Shown here in pieces: positions 46,401-54,214 of a DNA stretch of 64,000 nt. Under the pieces are notes generated by a model. The model was not told the origin of the DNA, did no database searches, and was given only the letters and a program-made list of their open reading frames with translations. This DNA comes from Pyrinomonadaceae bacterium. Lineage in GTDB: Bacteria; Acidobacteriota; Blastocatellia; Pyrinomonadales; Pyrinomonadaceae. Every line of letters begins with the position of its first letter. Position 1 is the stretch's first letter. Made by a program: the position numbers and the translations under genes. The stretch lies in the NCBI GenBank assembly GCA_035940695.1, contig DASZEQ010000029.1:106548-170547 (forward strand), read 5' to 3'.

Positions 46401-48656
46401 CTCGCGCCTCAACCCAAAATTGCGCGCGTTGAAGTTGCGCCCCTCACGGCCTCGATCAATCGCGGCGGCACGCTTCAGTTCAGCGCACAAGCCTTCGACC
46501 CGCAGGGGCGTCCCGTCGCCGACGCGAATTTTTCGTGGTCTTCCGGCAACGCTTCGATTGCGTCGATTGACGCGGCGGGAGCGGCGCGCGGCGTCGGCGT
46601 CGGTGCGACGAGCATCTCGGCCTCAACCTCCGACGGCGCGGGCGGCACGGTCAAGGGTCAGGCTTCGCTCGAAGTGCGTGTTCCCATCGTCTTGAACGAA
46701 ATATTTGCGGACGTGCCGCCCGATGATCCGGCCACGCAAATTGTCGAAGGCGATGCCAACCGCGACGGCGTGCGTAACTCGGATGACGACGAGTTTGTCG
46801 AGGTTTTGAACTATTCGTCGTCGCCCGTAGACATCTCCGGCGTCGTCGTCGCAGACACGACCGCGAGACGTTTCACCTTCCCTGCGGGGACGATTCTTGC
46901 GCCGGGAAGCCCGCTCGTCGTCTTCGGCGGCGGCGCACCGTCGCGCGTCGATCCGGCGTTCGGCGGGTCAGGCGTATTCGTCGCCGCATCGCTCGGCTTG
47001 AACGACGCGGGCGACGCGCTTTCGCTCAAACTTCCAATCGGCAATGTAGAGATCACGATTGCGTCTCAAGCTTATGGCACGGCCGCGACGGGCGCGCCTC
47101 CTGCGCCCGCCGATCAATCGTTGACGCGTGCGCCCGACGCCGCTTCGGATTCGACGGGTGGCGCGTTTGTCGCGCACACGCTTGCGACGGGTGCGGCTGG
47201 CCGACGCTATTCCCCCGGCACGCGCGCCGACGGCACGCCGTTCAATTCGCCGCCCATCACGCGTATCTTAGTTGACCCCGCAATTGCCGCCGTCGAGATC
47301 GGCGCGTCGCAAAATTTCCGCGCACGGGCTTACGCCACGCTCGACGGCGTCGAACGCGAAGTGTCGAACGTTTCGTTCAACTGGGATTCGAGCGATGCGG
47401 GCAAGGCGACCGTCGCGCAAGCGAGCGGAGCGGAGACGACAATTCGCGGCGTGTCCGCGGGCAACACCCTGATTCGCGCACGCGCGGGCGGGCTTGAGGC
47501 CGCCGCGACCCTGACGATCAATCCCCCGCCGCCCGTCCTCACGCGTCTCATCTTGTCTCCCGTCGCCGCGACAATCGTTGTCGGCGGCGCAGAGCAGTTC
47601 ACGGCGCGCGCGTTCGACCAATACGACCAACCGTTCCCCGTCTCTTCAATCAACTTTAATTCGGACGCCGTTGCGGTCGCGACGGTTGACGCGGTTAATC
47701 AAAGTCAGGGAAGCGTCGAAGCGCGTGCGATGGTCAGAGGCCGCGCGGCGGGCACGGCGCACATCACGGCTACGGCCATAGACGGCGGGCGAAGCGTGGC
47801 GAGCGAGGCGGCGACGCTCACGGTGAATCCACCGCCGCCGAGCGTCAAGCGAGTCGAAATTGCGCCGCCGTCCGCAATCATCGGCGCGGGCGCGACGCAG
47901 CAGTTCACTGCGAAGGCTTACGACCAGAATGATCGAGAGATGCAGGGCGTCGTGTTCAACTGGACGACGAGCGACGCGGGCGTTGCCACCATTGATGCAA
48001 GCGGGCTTGCGACGGGGAGAGCGGCGGGCACGACGGCAGTAAAGGCCGCCGCTGCGAATGTCGAGAGCGCGGCCGCGTCTCTGACGGTCACAGCCCCGCC
48101 CGTCCCTTCTGCGGGTCAAGTCATCATCAACGAAGCGGTCGTCGCCTTCGCAACGTCCGGCACGCAGGCGCGCAGAGATTTCGTCGAGCTTTACAACTTG
48201 ACCGGGCAGACGCTCGACATCACCGGACTCGTCATCACCTTTCGCCCGTCCGGCTCAGGCAACGCTCCGCAGTCGCTCATGCTCGGCAATGCGTCGGGCG
48301 AGAAATTCTTGATTCAGCCGCACGGCTATTTTCTCATCGCCGGCGGCGCGGACACCTTCGGCGCGCGGGTGGATTTCAACGCCAGCGCGAGCAGTTTTGA
48401 TCTGAACAATACAACGGGCGGGATCAAGATCGAGATCGGCGGGGTGAAGTTGGACGGGCTGGCGTATCAGGGAGGCGCGACCGCCCCGTCGGCGGCGTTT
48501 AGTGCGTACGGCGAGGGGACGCTTTTGCGGTTCACGAGCGGCACGACGAACGATCTCATACGCAGCCCCAACGCAACCGACACCAACAACAACGCGACGG
48601 ATTTTCGCCGCAACGGCACGGCCTCAAGCGTCAGTCCGAAAACGGCGAACCCTTGA
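43425..48656 (+). CDS. Giant secreted multidomain protein: PD40-type beta-propeller, TIGR03437-like domain, multiple Big_2 domains and three lamin-tail (LTD) domains
   Basis: TTG start 7 nt after AAGGAG, with a signal peptide. Seven repeats of [IV]SxDGxxxAF...LTG.N.D.N.EI[FY]L. Also APGQIAV..LLVNG..AQLFYASPTQINFHVP. Big_2-like I.V.P....I..G...QF.A.A.D..G units. Three LNE..[AF]D...DEF[IV]E[LV].N modules. Confidence 0.85.
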   Translation: MNTHARRLCASFLAAFALCLWVASVRSQNGAVRPITTTPEHALSLNPTISGDGQRVAFESNANLTGANSSGGSARFHALRVDLSGARDAFTDVAASRAPAPAMSRDGSRLAFASHENLTGENADGNSEIFLFADERLQQITHTSPRDPAQRTAEGNFQPSVSDDGSLVAFASNRDLTGANPDANLEIFLYDHAARTFKQLTDATHTTNSSDAKISGDGTRIAFIRDAQAAGGDDDARRTRDLMLFERADNSTRIVAPGVEALSMTYGRAISTDGRRVVYSAQTAARTTQVFLYDGRNEQIRQLTALGSRAADVPLHPTISGDGSRVAFATRRNVSGGNSDASVELYLYDLPTAKFSRVTDAPSGANAEVVSSLNEDGSLVAFNFPRVLTQAISDADFANNSEIYLARLDARAPFSTNLQILHGASFGKEPAPVKSIAPGQIAVARGVNLALDATRSRPSDGGAFPLTLGGATLLVNGRRAQLFYASPTQINFHVPAETETGTAQVVVRNHDGQESRAFVAVSPAAPGVFTESGDGSGASVALDAQTFLRSPFDPVDAANRPRRLIIFATGVRGAQSIAVTVGGRVLVVENILPSPDLPGLDEIHVLLSRSLAGAGDVPLVVRADGRESNPTHINFTGTRRPASIALEPASASVGVGRSVRFAASVRDADGVEIANAPVAFNTSDESVATIDTGGVARGLRAGTATIKATSGEVSATAHLSVFPLTLVLNEVLADPPDGAAGDANHDGARSSTQDEFIELVNASTVDLNIGGYQLTTRGASGADIVRHTFAADTIVAPGTAIVVFGGAQVDAFDPTHPAFAGALVQTASTGALSLTNGGSVVKLLDPAGATVEQIAYGGAGEPDGDRNQSLTRAPDVVGDFIPHETAPASVGRSFSPGTRIDATPFLNSAPIARIEVAPPLATIERGEQQQFTARAFDANGAELQGIIFRWQSTDAAVATIDAGGLARSSASGETQITATGRGVQSTPAMLEVLAPQPKIARVEVAPLTASINRGGTLQFSAQAFDPQGRPVADANFSWSSGNASIASIDAAGAARGVGVGATSISASTSDGAGGTVKGQASLEVRVPIVLNEIFADVPPDDPATQIVEGDANRDGVRNSDDDEFVEVLNYSSSPVDISGVVVADTTARRFTFPAGTILAPGSPLVVFGGGAPSRVDPAFGGSGVFVAASLGLNDAGDALSLKLPIGNVEITIASQAYGTAATGAPPAPADQSLTRAPDAASDSTGGAFVAHTLATGAAGRRYSPGTRADGTPFNSPPITRILVDPAIAAVEIGASQNFRARAYATLDGVEREVSNVSFNWDSSDAGKATVAQASGAETTIRGVSAGNTLIRARAGGLEAAATLTINPPPPVLTRLILSPVAATIVVGGAEQFTARAFDQYDQPFPVSSINFNSDAVAVATVDAVNQSQGSVEARAMVRGRAAGTAHITATAIDGGRSVASEAATLTVNPPPPSVKRVEIAPPSAIIGAGATQQFTAKAYDQNDREMQGVVFNWTTSDAGVATIDASGLATGRAAGTTAVKAAAANVESAAASLTVTAPPVPSAGQVIINEAVVAFATSGTQARRDFVELYNLTGQTLDITGLVITFRPSGSGNAPQSLMLGNASGEKFLIQPHGYFLIAGGADTFGARVDFNASASSFDLNNTTGGIKIEIGGVKLDGLAYQGGATAPSAAFSAYGEGTLLRFTSGTTNDLIRSPNATDTNNNATDFRRNGTASSVSPKTANP

Positions 48657-48823
48657 GGGCGCAAGGCGCGTCTCTGGCGAAACGGAAGCCGCCCGCGCGG
48701 GCAGCCTTCAACTTGAAAGGTTCACTTAAACCGAGAAAGGAAAGCTCTCGCGCGGGCGGGGTGGAACGACTCACGGAGCGGCAACCGGAACAGCGATTCC
48801 CGCTCTGTTTAGAGAAGCATTGA

Positions 48824-48982
48824 TTACCAGTGATCTCCGTAGGAATGACCGCAGGCACAGTAGTCATTTCCTCCCGGGTTCGCGTTTTCATATTGGGCGC
48901 ACGTGCATCTGCTGCATCTCCCTGCCCCCCTCAACGCCTTGCTGATGAAATGTCGGCAGGACTCGAGAAGTGTGTTCAACAT
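48824..48982 (-). CDS. Small Cys/His-rich protein (52 aa), putative zinc-binding; not in the ORF track
   Basis: AAGGAGGT Shine-Dalgarno 6 nt upstream of the ATG. Translation MLNTLLESCRHFISKALRGAGRCSRCTCAQYENANPGGNDYCACGHSYGDHW. GC3 about 65 percent. The overlapping 86-aa track ORF has no Shine-Dalgarno. Confidence 0.5.
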   Translation of the reverse strand: MLNTLLESCRHFISKALRGAGRCSRCTCAQYENANPGGNDYCACGHSYGDHW

Positions 48983-49331
48983 AGGTTTACCTCCTTAGGG
49001 AAAGTGGACGCATTGATGAGGTATGGCGACGGCTGCGGCAGCGTCCGTTTGAGAGCGGCCGTCTTAACAGTGTGCTGCCATTTACTTGTTAAGTGCGCTC
49101 GCCCCGACATAACTCTGAGAAGCACACGGAAACAAGCAGCGCGCATCTTACTGCATGTTGCAAAATTTAAAAATCAAAAAATCGTGATGCTCGCCGGCCG
49201 GATATCTAACTTAATCTTCGCTTCTTTGTGCCTCCGGTGTGAGGCTTATCCGCACAGAAGAATTGACTCAGGCGGGAGAGGAAGAGACGCTGATGAGATT
49301 TGCGAAGCGGACTTGAACGAGCGTCGCGCCC

Positions 49332-49853
49332 CTAGTTGTCTTCTTCGATGGAGAAGGAAGTTTCCTGTTTGGGCTGCTGGCGGAGGCTCTGGAGTTTGGC
49401 GGAGACTTTGCTGCTGAGACGCTCGCCCCTGTCCTTCGCGGCGTCGGAATCCGGCGAGTCGAAAATGTCTTCAAACCAAGACTGCCGCTCCGTGGACTTC
49501 GGAGCATCGACCGCTGCCGTTTCTCCCGCGTGCGCCGTCTCCTGTTCAAGTTCAACAATTCGTTCGGCCTCGTCGCCGTTTTCCGTTTGGCGCGTGAGTA
49601 GTTTCTGAAATTCCCTCTCGTAGTGATCGTGCGTGTCGCTCAATTCGTCGGCGATGTTGAGGGCGGCGAAGATGGCGATCTTGGCGAGGTCGTGCGCCGT
49701 CGTGTGCGCGGAGATGAGGCGCATCCGCTCGTCCACGAGTCCGGCGATGCGACGGATGTGCTCGACCTCGCGGTTCGTACGCAGGCTGTAAACCTGATTG
49801 AAGATGTTTACTTCAACCGATTTGAAGGGAGGCTTGGGGGCGTCGCTGCTCAT
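49332..49853 (-). CDS. zapA: Cell division protein ZapA with acidic C-terminal extension
   Basis: VEVNIFNQVYSLR...EHIRRIAGLVDERM...IAIFAALNIADEL matches ZapA. Start taken at MSSDAPK (49853); the track ORF extends into thiG. Confidence 0.85.
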   Translation of the reverse strand: MSSDAPKPPFKSVEVNIFNQVYSLRTNREVEHIRRIAGLVDERMRLISAHTTAHDLAKIAIFAALNIADELSDTHDHYEREFQKLLTRQTENGDEAERIVELEQETAHAGETAAVDAPKSTERQSWFEDIFDSPDSDAAKDRGERLSSKVSAKLQSLRQQPKQETSFSIEEDN

Positions 49854-49866
49854 ATATAAACTTGAT

Positions 49867-50658
49867 TTACCTGACCACGCCCACGAGCGGGCTTGACGCG
49901 CTGGCGTAGAGGCGTTTCGGCATGCGCCCGGCGAGATAGGCGAGGCGTCCGGCGCGAATGGCGAGGCGCATCGCATCGGCCATCTGCGCGGCGTCGCGCG
50001 CCTCGGCAATGGCGGTGTTCATCAAGACTGCGTCCGCGCCGAGTTCCATCGCAATCGCCGCGTCGCTGGCCGTGCCGACGCCCGCGTCGACGATGATGGT
50101 GGCATCCGGCAACTGCTCGCGCATGATCCGCAGGTTGGCCGGGTTCTGCACGCCGAGACCCGAACCGATGGGCGCGGCGAGCGGCATCACGGCGGCGCAC
50201 CCGGCGTCCAGCAACTTCTTTGCCATGATGAGGTCGTCGCTGAAATAGGGGAGCACCGTGAAGCCCTCGCGGACGAGCACGCGCGCGGCTTCGAGCGTCT
50301 GCTCGTTGTCGGGAAAGAGCGTCGTCTGGTCGCCGATGACTTCGAGTTTAACGAGGTCGGTGTGCAGGGCTTCGCGCGCGAGGCGTGCGGTGCGGACGGC
50401 CTCTTCCGCCGTGTAACACCCGGCGGTGTTCGGCAGGATGGCGAGAGCCGGGTCGAGGTGGTCGAGAAAGGATTCGCTGCTGCGGTCGAGCGGCACGCGA
50501 CGCACGGCGACCGTCACCATCTCCGCGCCCGATGCGCGATGCGCCGCCTTCATCTCCTCGAAGCTGCGATACTTCCCCGTCCCGATGATCAGGCGCGACG
50601 TAAAAGCGCGCCCCCCGATTTCGAAAGTCTCTGTGGTTGTAGTTAAGGTGGTTGACAT
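49867..50658 (-). CDS. thiG: Thiazole synthase
   Basis: ThiG motifs (IGTGKY, NTAGC, KLEVIGD, VMPL..PIGSG, VDAGVGT.SDA). Confidence 0.93.
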   Translation of the reverse strand: MSTTLTTTTETFEIGGRAFTSRLIIGTGKYRSFEEMKAAHRASGAEMVTVAVRRVPLDRSSESFLDHLDPALAILPNTAGCYTAEEAVRTARLAREALHTDLVKLEVIGDQTTLFPDNEQTLEAARVLVREGFTVLPYFSDDLIMAKKLLDAGCAAVMPLAAPIGSGLGVQNPANLRIMREQLPDATIIVDAGVGTASDAAIAMELGADAVLMNTAIAEARDAAQMADAMRLAIRAGRLAYLAGRMPKRLYASASSPLVGVVR

Positions 50659-50725
50659 ATCCGATTGAATCTTTCCGTCCGTTGCGATTCGGGATTATAG
50701 CAACTAATCAACCATGAACGGCAAA

Positions 50726-50757
50726 GGGAGCGGCGCGCAAATTGCGATGCCGCTCCC
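50726..50757 (-). terminator. Intrinsic terminator after the flotillin-like gene
   Basis: 9-bp stem gggagcggc/gccgctccc, followed on the minus strand by tttgccgtt. A perfect TATAAT (50699-50694, minus strand) follows, upstream of thiG. Confidence 0.65.
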
Positions 50758-50781
50758 TCCGGGCTACAAGTGATCCGCGTT

Positions 50782-53016
50782 TTACCCTTTCAGCTTCGAC
50801 CCGTTTCCCCCGTTATCGCCGCCCGCCAGTTTCGCCCCGTTGTCGCCGCCGTTTGCAGGCAAGCGGTCGCGGAAGAGATTGAGCAGGAGCAGCGTGCCGA
50901 GGCCGCCCGCGCCGCTGTCGCCGTTGCCGCCCGAAGCCATCACGTCGGGCGTGATGCGGACGCCCTTCTCGCCGATCACGCGTAGCGTCTCGACGAGCGC
51001 GACGCCCTGCGCGCCGAGCGCGTTGACCTGTTCGTGATAGGCGACGCCCTGCGCCTCGCCCATCAGGCGCACCTTCTCGGCTTCGGCCTTACCCGTGGCG
51101 AGAATGTAGTGCGCCTCGCCGTCGGCTTCGGCCTTGCGCTGCTCGGAGCGTTTGCCCGCGATGTCCACGCCGACAGTCGCCGCCATCAGGTCTTTCTGGT
51201 TGTCGGCCTGCGCGCTGATGCGTTCGAGTTGGATGCGCTTCTCTTCGGCTTCGCGCTGCGCGTCGTACATGTTCTGTCGCTGCTCCGCGAGAATCTTCTC
51301 GGTCTGCGTCTTCATCAACTCGGCGGGCAGGTGGATGTGGCAGATGAGCACGTTGACGACGTCGACGTGATACTTCAACAGGTGCGCGCGCACGCGCGCC
51401 TCCGCGCGTTCCTGCTCCTCGTGCCGGTTCTGCAAGTAGGCCATCGCCGACGACTCGGACGCCTGATTGCGAAAGATCGAGTCGATCAGAGGATGCATCA
51501 CGTTCTGGATCAGCTTATCAATCGAGCCGATCTTGGCGACCATGAAAGGCGCGTCTTCCGGTTTGACGCGGAACACGACGCGCACTTCGAGTTGCATCGT
51601 GAAGCCGTCTTTCGAGATCACTTCAAACGGGTTGAACGACTGGTTCACCTCGCCCGCCGTCCACTCGACGGTCTGGTTCGTCGTCGGAATGACGATGGGC
51701 GTGATCGCCAGCGTGTTGACGTAGTAGCGGCCGGGGCCGACCACGGTTTCCTGTATGCCGCGATAGCCTTCGGGCACGACGTAGGCTTCGTGCGCGCCTT
51801 CGTCGAGCCGACGGTCTGCCGGGTCGCCCGCCATCAGGTCTTCCTGAATCTCCGCCACATCGCGGTTCTCGTCAGCGAGTTTGTCGAGGCGCGCGGCGGC
51901 CTGCTCGACGTGCGCTTGCTCCTCGCGTTCCATCCGCTCGCGCACCTTCGCCGCCATCAGACGCCGGATTTCCTCGCCGGGGTCTTTGCCGATGTTCGAG
52001 ACGATGACGGCCACTTCGCCCGGCTTCACTTCCTTCGCTAGTTCCAGAATCACTTTGAAGACGAGCGGGTTGATGTAGTAAGTGCCGGGCAGCAGGATGT
52101 CCTTCTGTGGGCCGCGCTGGCCGCCGCGCGTGATGAACTCGTTACAGTCCTGAAAATTGTCGTGGCCTTCCACGGGCGTCGCCACGTAATCGCGCGGGTC
52201 GAGCGGCGCGCCGTCGAGGGCTTCGACGAGGCCGATCTGATTCTCGTTGATGATCGTCGCGTCGTAGTGGCGCACGAAGAAGAGGCCGTGTTTGGTCTCC
52301 GTCCCGTTTTCGATGGAGATGGACTGCGTGAGGATGCGGTAAGTGCCCGGCGTCAAAATCTCCACCTGCGGGCCTTTCTGCCCGCCGCTCGCAATGAACT
52401 GCTCGGCGTCCTGATAGTTGCGATGCCCCTGTATGGCCTTGCCGTGCAGACGCCCGGCGTCGAGTTGCTCGCCGTCGGCCGCCGTCACGACGCCGACTTT
52501 GCCCGGCGGGATGACGGTTGCCTTCGCCACCGAGACGCGGAACAGGTAAGGATGAATCGGCCACAAGCCCGGCGGGAGCGTGCGCAGTTGGATGCCTTTG
52601 ACGCCGCCGCGCTTGATGAAGGCGATGGGGTCTTGAAAGTTGTTGTGCGCGTTCTCGGCGCGGTCGGGCGCGAAGATGCGTCCGGGCGGCATCGGCTCGC
52701 CGTCCACCGCTTCGATGATGCCTAGTTCTTCCGCGCCCACTTCGATGAGCGGCACTTTGCGCACCACGGTCTCGAACGGCCAAAAGAGAAAGTGCAGTCC
52801 GGGCTTGAGCACGTCGGCCTGTATGCCGACTTCGCCCTCGGTGGCGACGACACGGCCGGGAGGCATTTTCACGCCCCAGTAACGTCGCTCCTTGATGGCG
52901 ATTTCGCGCCCGCCGACGTTGACGAACATTTTGCTCACGAGGATGAGCAAGACGAGAGCCACGACTCCGAGAAATATCAGGAGTGTCGTGTTGGCGAAGA
53001 GATCGTTGATGTCCAT
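50782..53016 (-). CDS. Flotillin/SPFH (band 7) family protein with repeated N-terminal modules
   Basis: N-terminal TM helix. Repeated ...GG.kG.Q...L.PG.Y.I.P modules. C-terminal flotillin-like Ala/Glu-rich coiled coil (AEQRQNMYDAQREAEEKRIQLE...). ATG 53016 is preceded by AAGGAAG; the track start 53040 is a TTG. Confidence 0.85.
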   Translation of the reverse strand: MDINDLFANTTLLIFLGVVALVLLILVSKMFVNVGGREIAIKERRYWGVKMPPGRVVATEGEVGIQADVLKPGLHFLFWPFETVVRKVPLIEVGAEELGIIEAVDGEPMPPGRIFAPDRAENAHNNFQDPIAFIKRGGVKGIQLRTLPPGLWPIHPYLFRVSVAKATVIPPGKVGVVTAADGEQLDAGRLHGKAIQGHRNYQDAEQFIASGGQKGPQVEILTPGTYRILTQSISIENGTETKHGLFFVRHYDATIINENQIGLVEALDGAPLDPRDYVATPVEGHDNFQDCNEFITRGGQRGPQKDILLPGTYYINPLVFKVILELAKEVKPGEVAVIVSNIGKDPGEEIRRLMAAKVRERMEREEQAHVEQAAARLDKLADENRDVAEIQEDLMAGDPADRRLDEGAHEAYVVPEGYRGIQETVVGPGRYYVNTLAITPIVIPTTNQTVEWTAGEVNQSFNPFEVISKDGFTMQLEVRVVFRVKPEDAPFMVAKIGSIDKLIQNVMHPLIDSIFRNQASESSAMAYLQNRHEEQERAEARVRAHLLKYHVDVVNVLICHIHLPAELMKTQTEKILAEQRQNMYDAQREAEEKRIQLERISAQADNQKDLMAATVGVDIAGKRSEQRKAEADGEAHYILATGKAEAEKVRLMGEAQGVAYHEQVNALGAQGVALVETLRVIGEKGVRITPDVMASGGNGDSGAGGLGTLLLLNLFRDRLPANGGDNGAKLAGGDNGGNGSKLKG

Positions 53017-53109
53017 GTCGCTTCCTTTGTTGCGATGCAACGGTTAGAGATTCAACCCGGCGTGCGCCGCAGGCACACGCGAAATCACCCCCCCCGGTTC
53101 GTACTTCCG

Positions 53110-53832
53110 TCAGCTTTCTACATGCGGAGACTCCGTCTCCCGGCTCGCCGCCGATTCGACGCGCAGTGCGGCGAGGCGTTCTTTCAAGATGAAGCCCGCG
53201 CCCGTGCCACGCGCGGCGGAACTCAAAACCCAGTACTCGCTTTCGATCAGCGCGGACAATTCTTCGCGCCTGATCTCCGCGGGGCGAGCGGAACGCGCCG
53301 CGCCCGTCACGGCGACGACGGCTCGCTCGAAGACGCTCGCGTCGTCAGAGAGCGCGGCCAGATGGAGCAGTCGGGCGGTATGCTGGCGGTCGGGGTGTCG
53401 CTGCCAGAGTTCCATGTAGGCTGTGGCGAGACGCGGGCTGCCGCGCAAGAAGTCCGTGTCGCCCGCGACGAACGAGGCGAGCGTGTGCAAGTTTGCTTCG
53501 GAGTCAGCCGCCCAATCCAAGAGGGCGTCCAACACAGAGGCATAAAGCGCGGAATCTCCGTCGCGATGTGCTTCCGCGAGAGCCGTCAGGTCGCCTGCGG
53601 ACGCGCGTTTCAGAAGCGTTGATTTGCGCTGCACGGCCTCTGTGTTCGCGTGAGCCGGGATGAGACGCTTGTTTTTCGTGTGTGTCGCGTCTTGGCCGTC
53701 GAACAGGCTGCGCGGAGACGGAGGTCGCGTTTCGAGTTGCGCGGGATAGTCGGATGACCCGTGCTGCCTGCGATAGAGTGTGTATGCGGTTGCAGCGAGC
53801 AGGGCGAATGCGATGATGAAAAGGGCGATCAC
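53110..53832 (-). CDS. Hypothetical membrane-anchored protein
   Basis: GTG start. N-terminal TM helix (MIALFIIAFALLAATAYTLY) and a helical soluble part. No motif recognised. Directly upstream of the flotillin gene. Confidence 0.6.
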   Translation of the reverse strand: MIALFIIAFALLAATAYTLYRRQHGSSDYPAQLETRPPSPRSLFDGQDATHTKNKRLIPAHANTEAVQRKSTLLKRASAGDLTALAEAHRDGDSALYASVLDALLDWAADSEANLHTLASFVAGDTDFLRGSPRLATAYMELWQRHPDRQHTARLLHLAALSDDASVFERAVVAVTGAARSARPAEIRREELSALIESEYWVLSSAARGTGAGFILKERLAALRVESAASRETESPHVES

Positions 53833-53984
53833 GTTTGATGCCTGAGCGATTCGTTTTCAAGCGGCAAGCGGCGACCACTTTGGTCGTTGCGCCGCAACGA
53901 GCGCCAGCCAAAGTTATTATACGGCGATTGGCGCGGAAGGTTCTAAAAACCGTCGGGCGCGCGAACTTTATTCCGCGCCTTTGT

Positions 53985-54203
53985 TCAGAGACGCGGTTGG
54001 CCGCTCCCGCCTCCGACGAAATGAACGATTTCGACTTGATCTCCGTCACGCAACACCGTCTCAGCCCAGCGTGCGCGGCGCACGACTTCGCGGTTGAGTT
54101 CGATGGCGAGGCGTTCGGGCGCGAGCGCGAGTTGGCTGACGAGTGCGTCGAGCGTGAGCGACTCCGGCAGTTCGCGGACTTCCCCGTTGATCTGGACGCG
54201 CAA
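53985..54203 (-). CDS. thiS: Sulfur-carrier protein ThiS with a C-terminal extension beyond the GG motif
   Basis: RVQINGE...LTLDALV...[11 protein letters not shown]....[15 protein letters not shown], then SGQPRL. Start inferred at TTG 54203, 5 nt after AAGGGA; the track ORF extends further upstream. Confidence 0.75.
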   Translation of the reverse strand: MRVQINGEVRELPESLTLDALVSQLALAPERLAIELNREVVRRARWAETVLRDGDQVEIVHFVGGGSGQPRL

Positions 54204-54214
54204 GATTTTCCCTT

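Noticed and set aside
48983-49331. 6S RNA (ssrS) downstream of zapA, by analogy with the zapA-ssrS arrangement in gammaproteobacteria.
   Set aside because: I could not draw the long closing stem plus central bubble characteristic of 6S RNA, and the 5' and 3' ends show no extended complementarity. The region is kept only as an unassigned structured segment.
48631-49417. Track ORFs 48631-48891(-) and 48830-49417(+).
   Set aside because: Neither has a Shine-Dalgarno or family motifs. They overlap each other and the better-supported 52-aa ORF with its strong Shine-Dalgarno. The plus-strand ORF runs antisense into zapA.
50659-50781. TPP (THI-box) riboswitch upstream of thiG or thiS.
   Set aside because: The thiG leader is too short (about 35 nt after the TATAAT). 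No CUGAGA/ACCUGA core is visible there or in 53833-53984 or 55124-55380. cmsearch is needed to be definitive.
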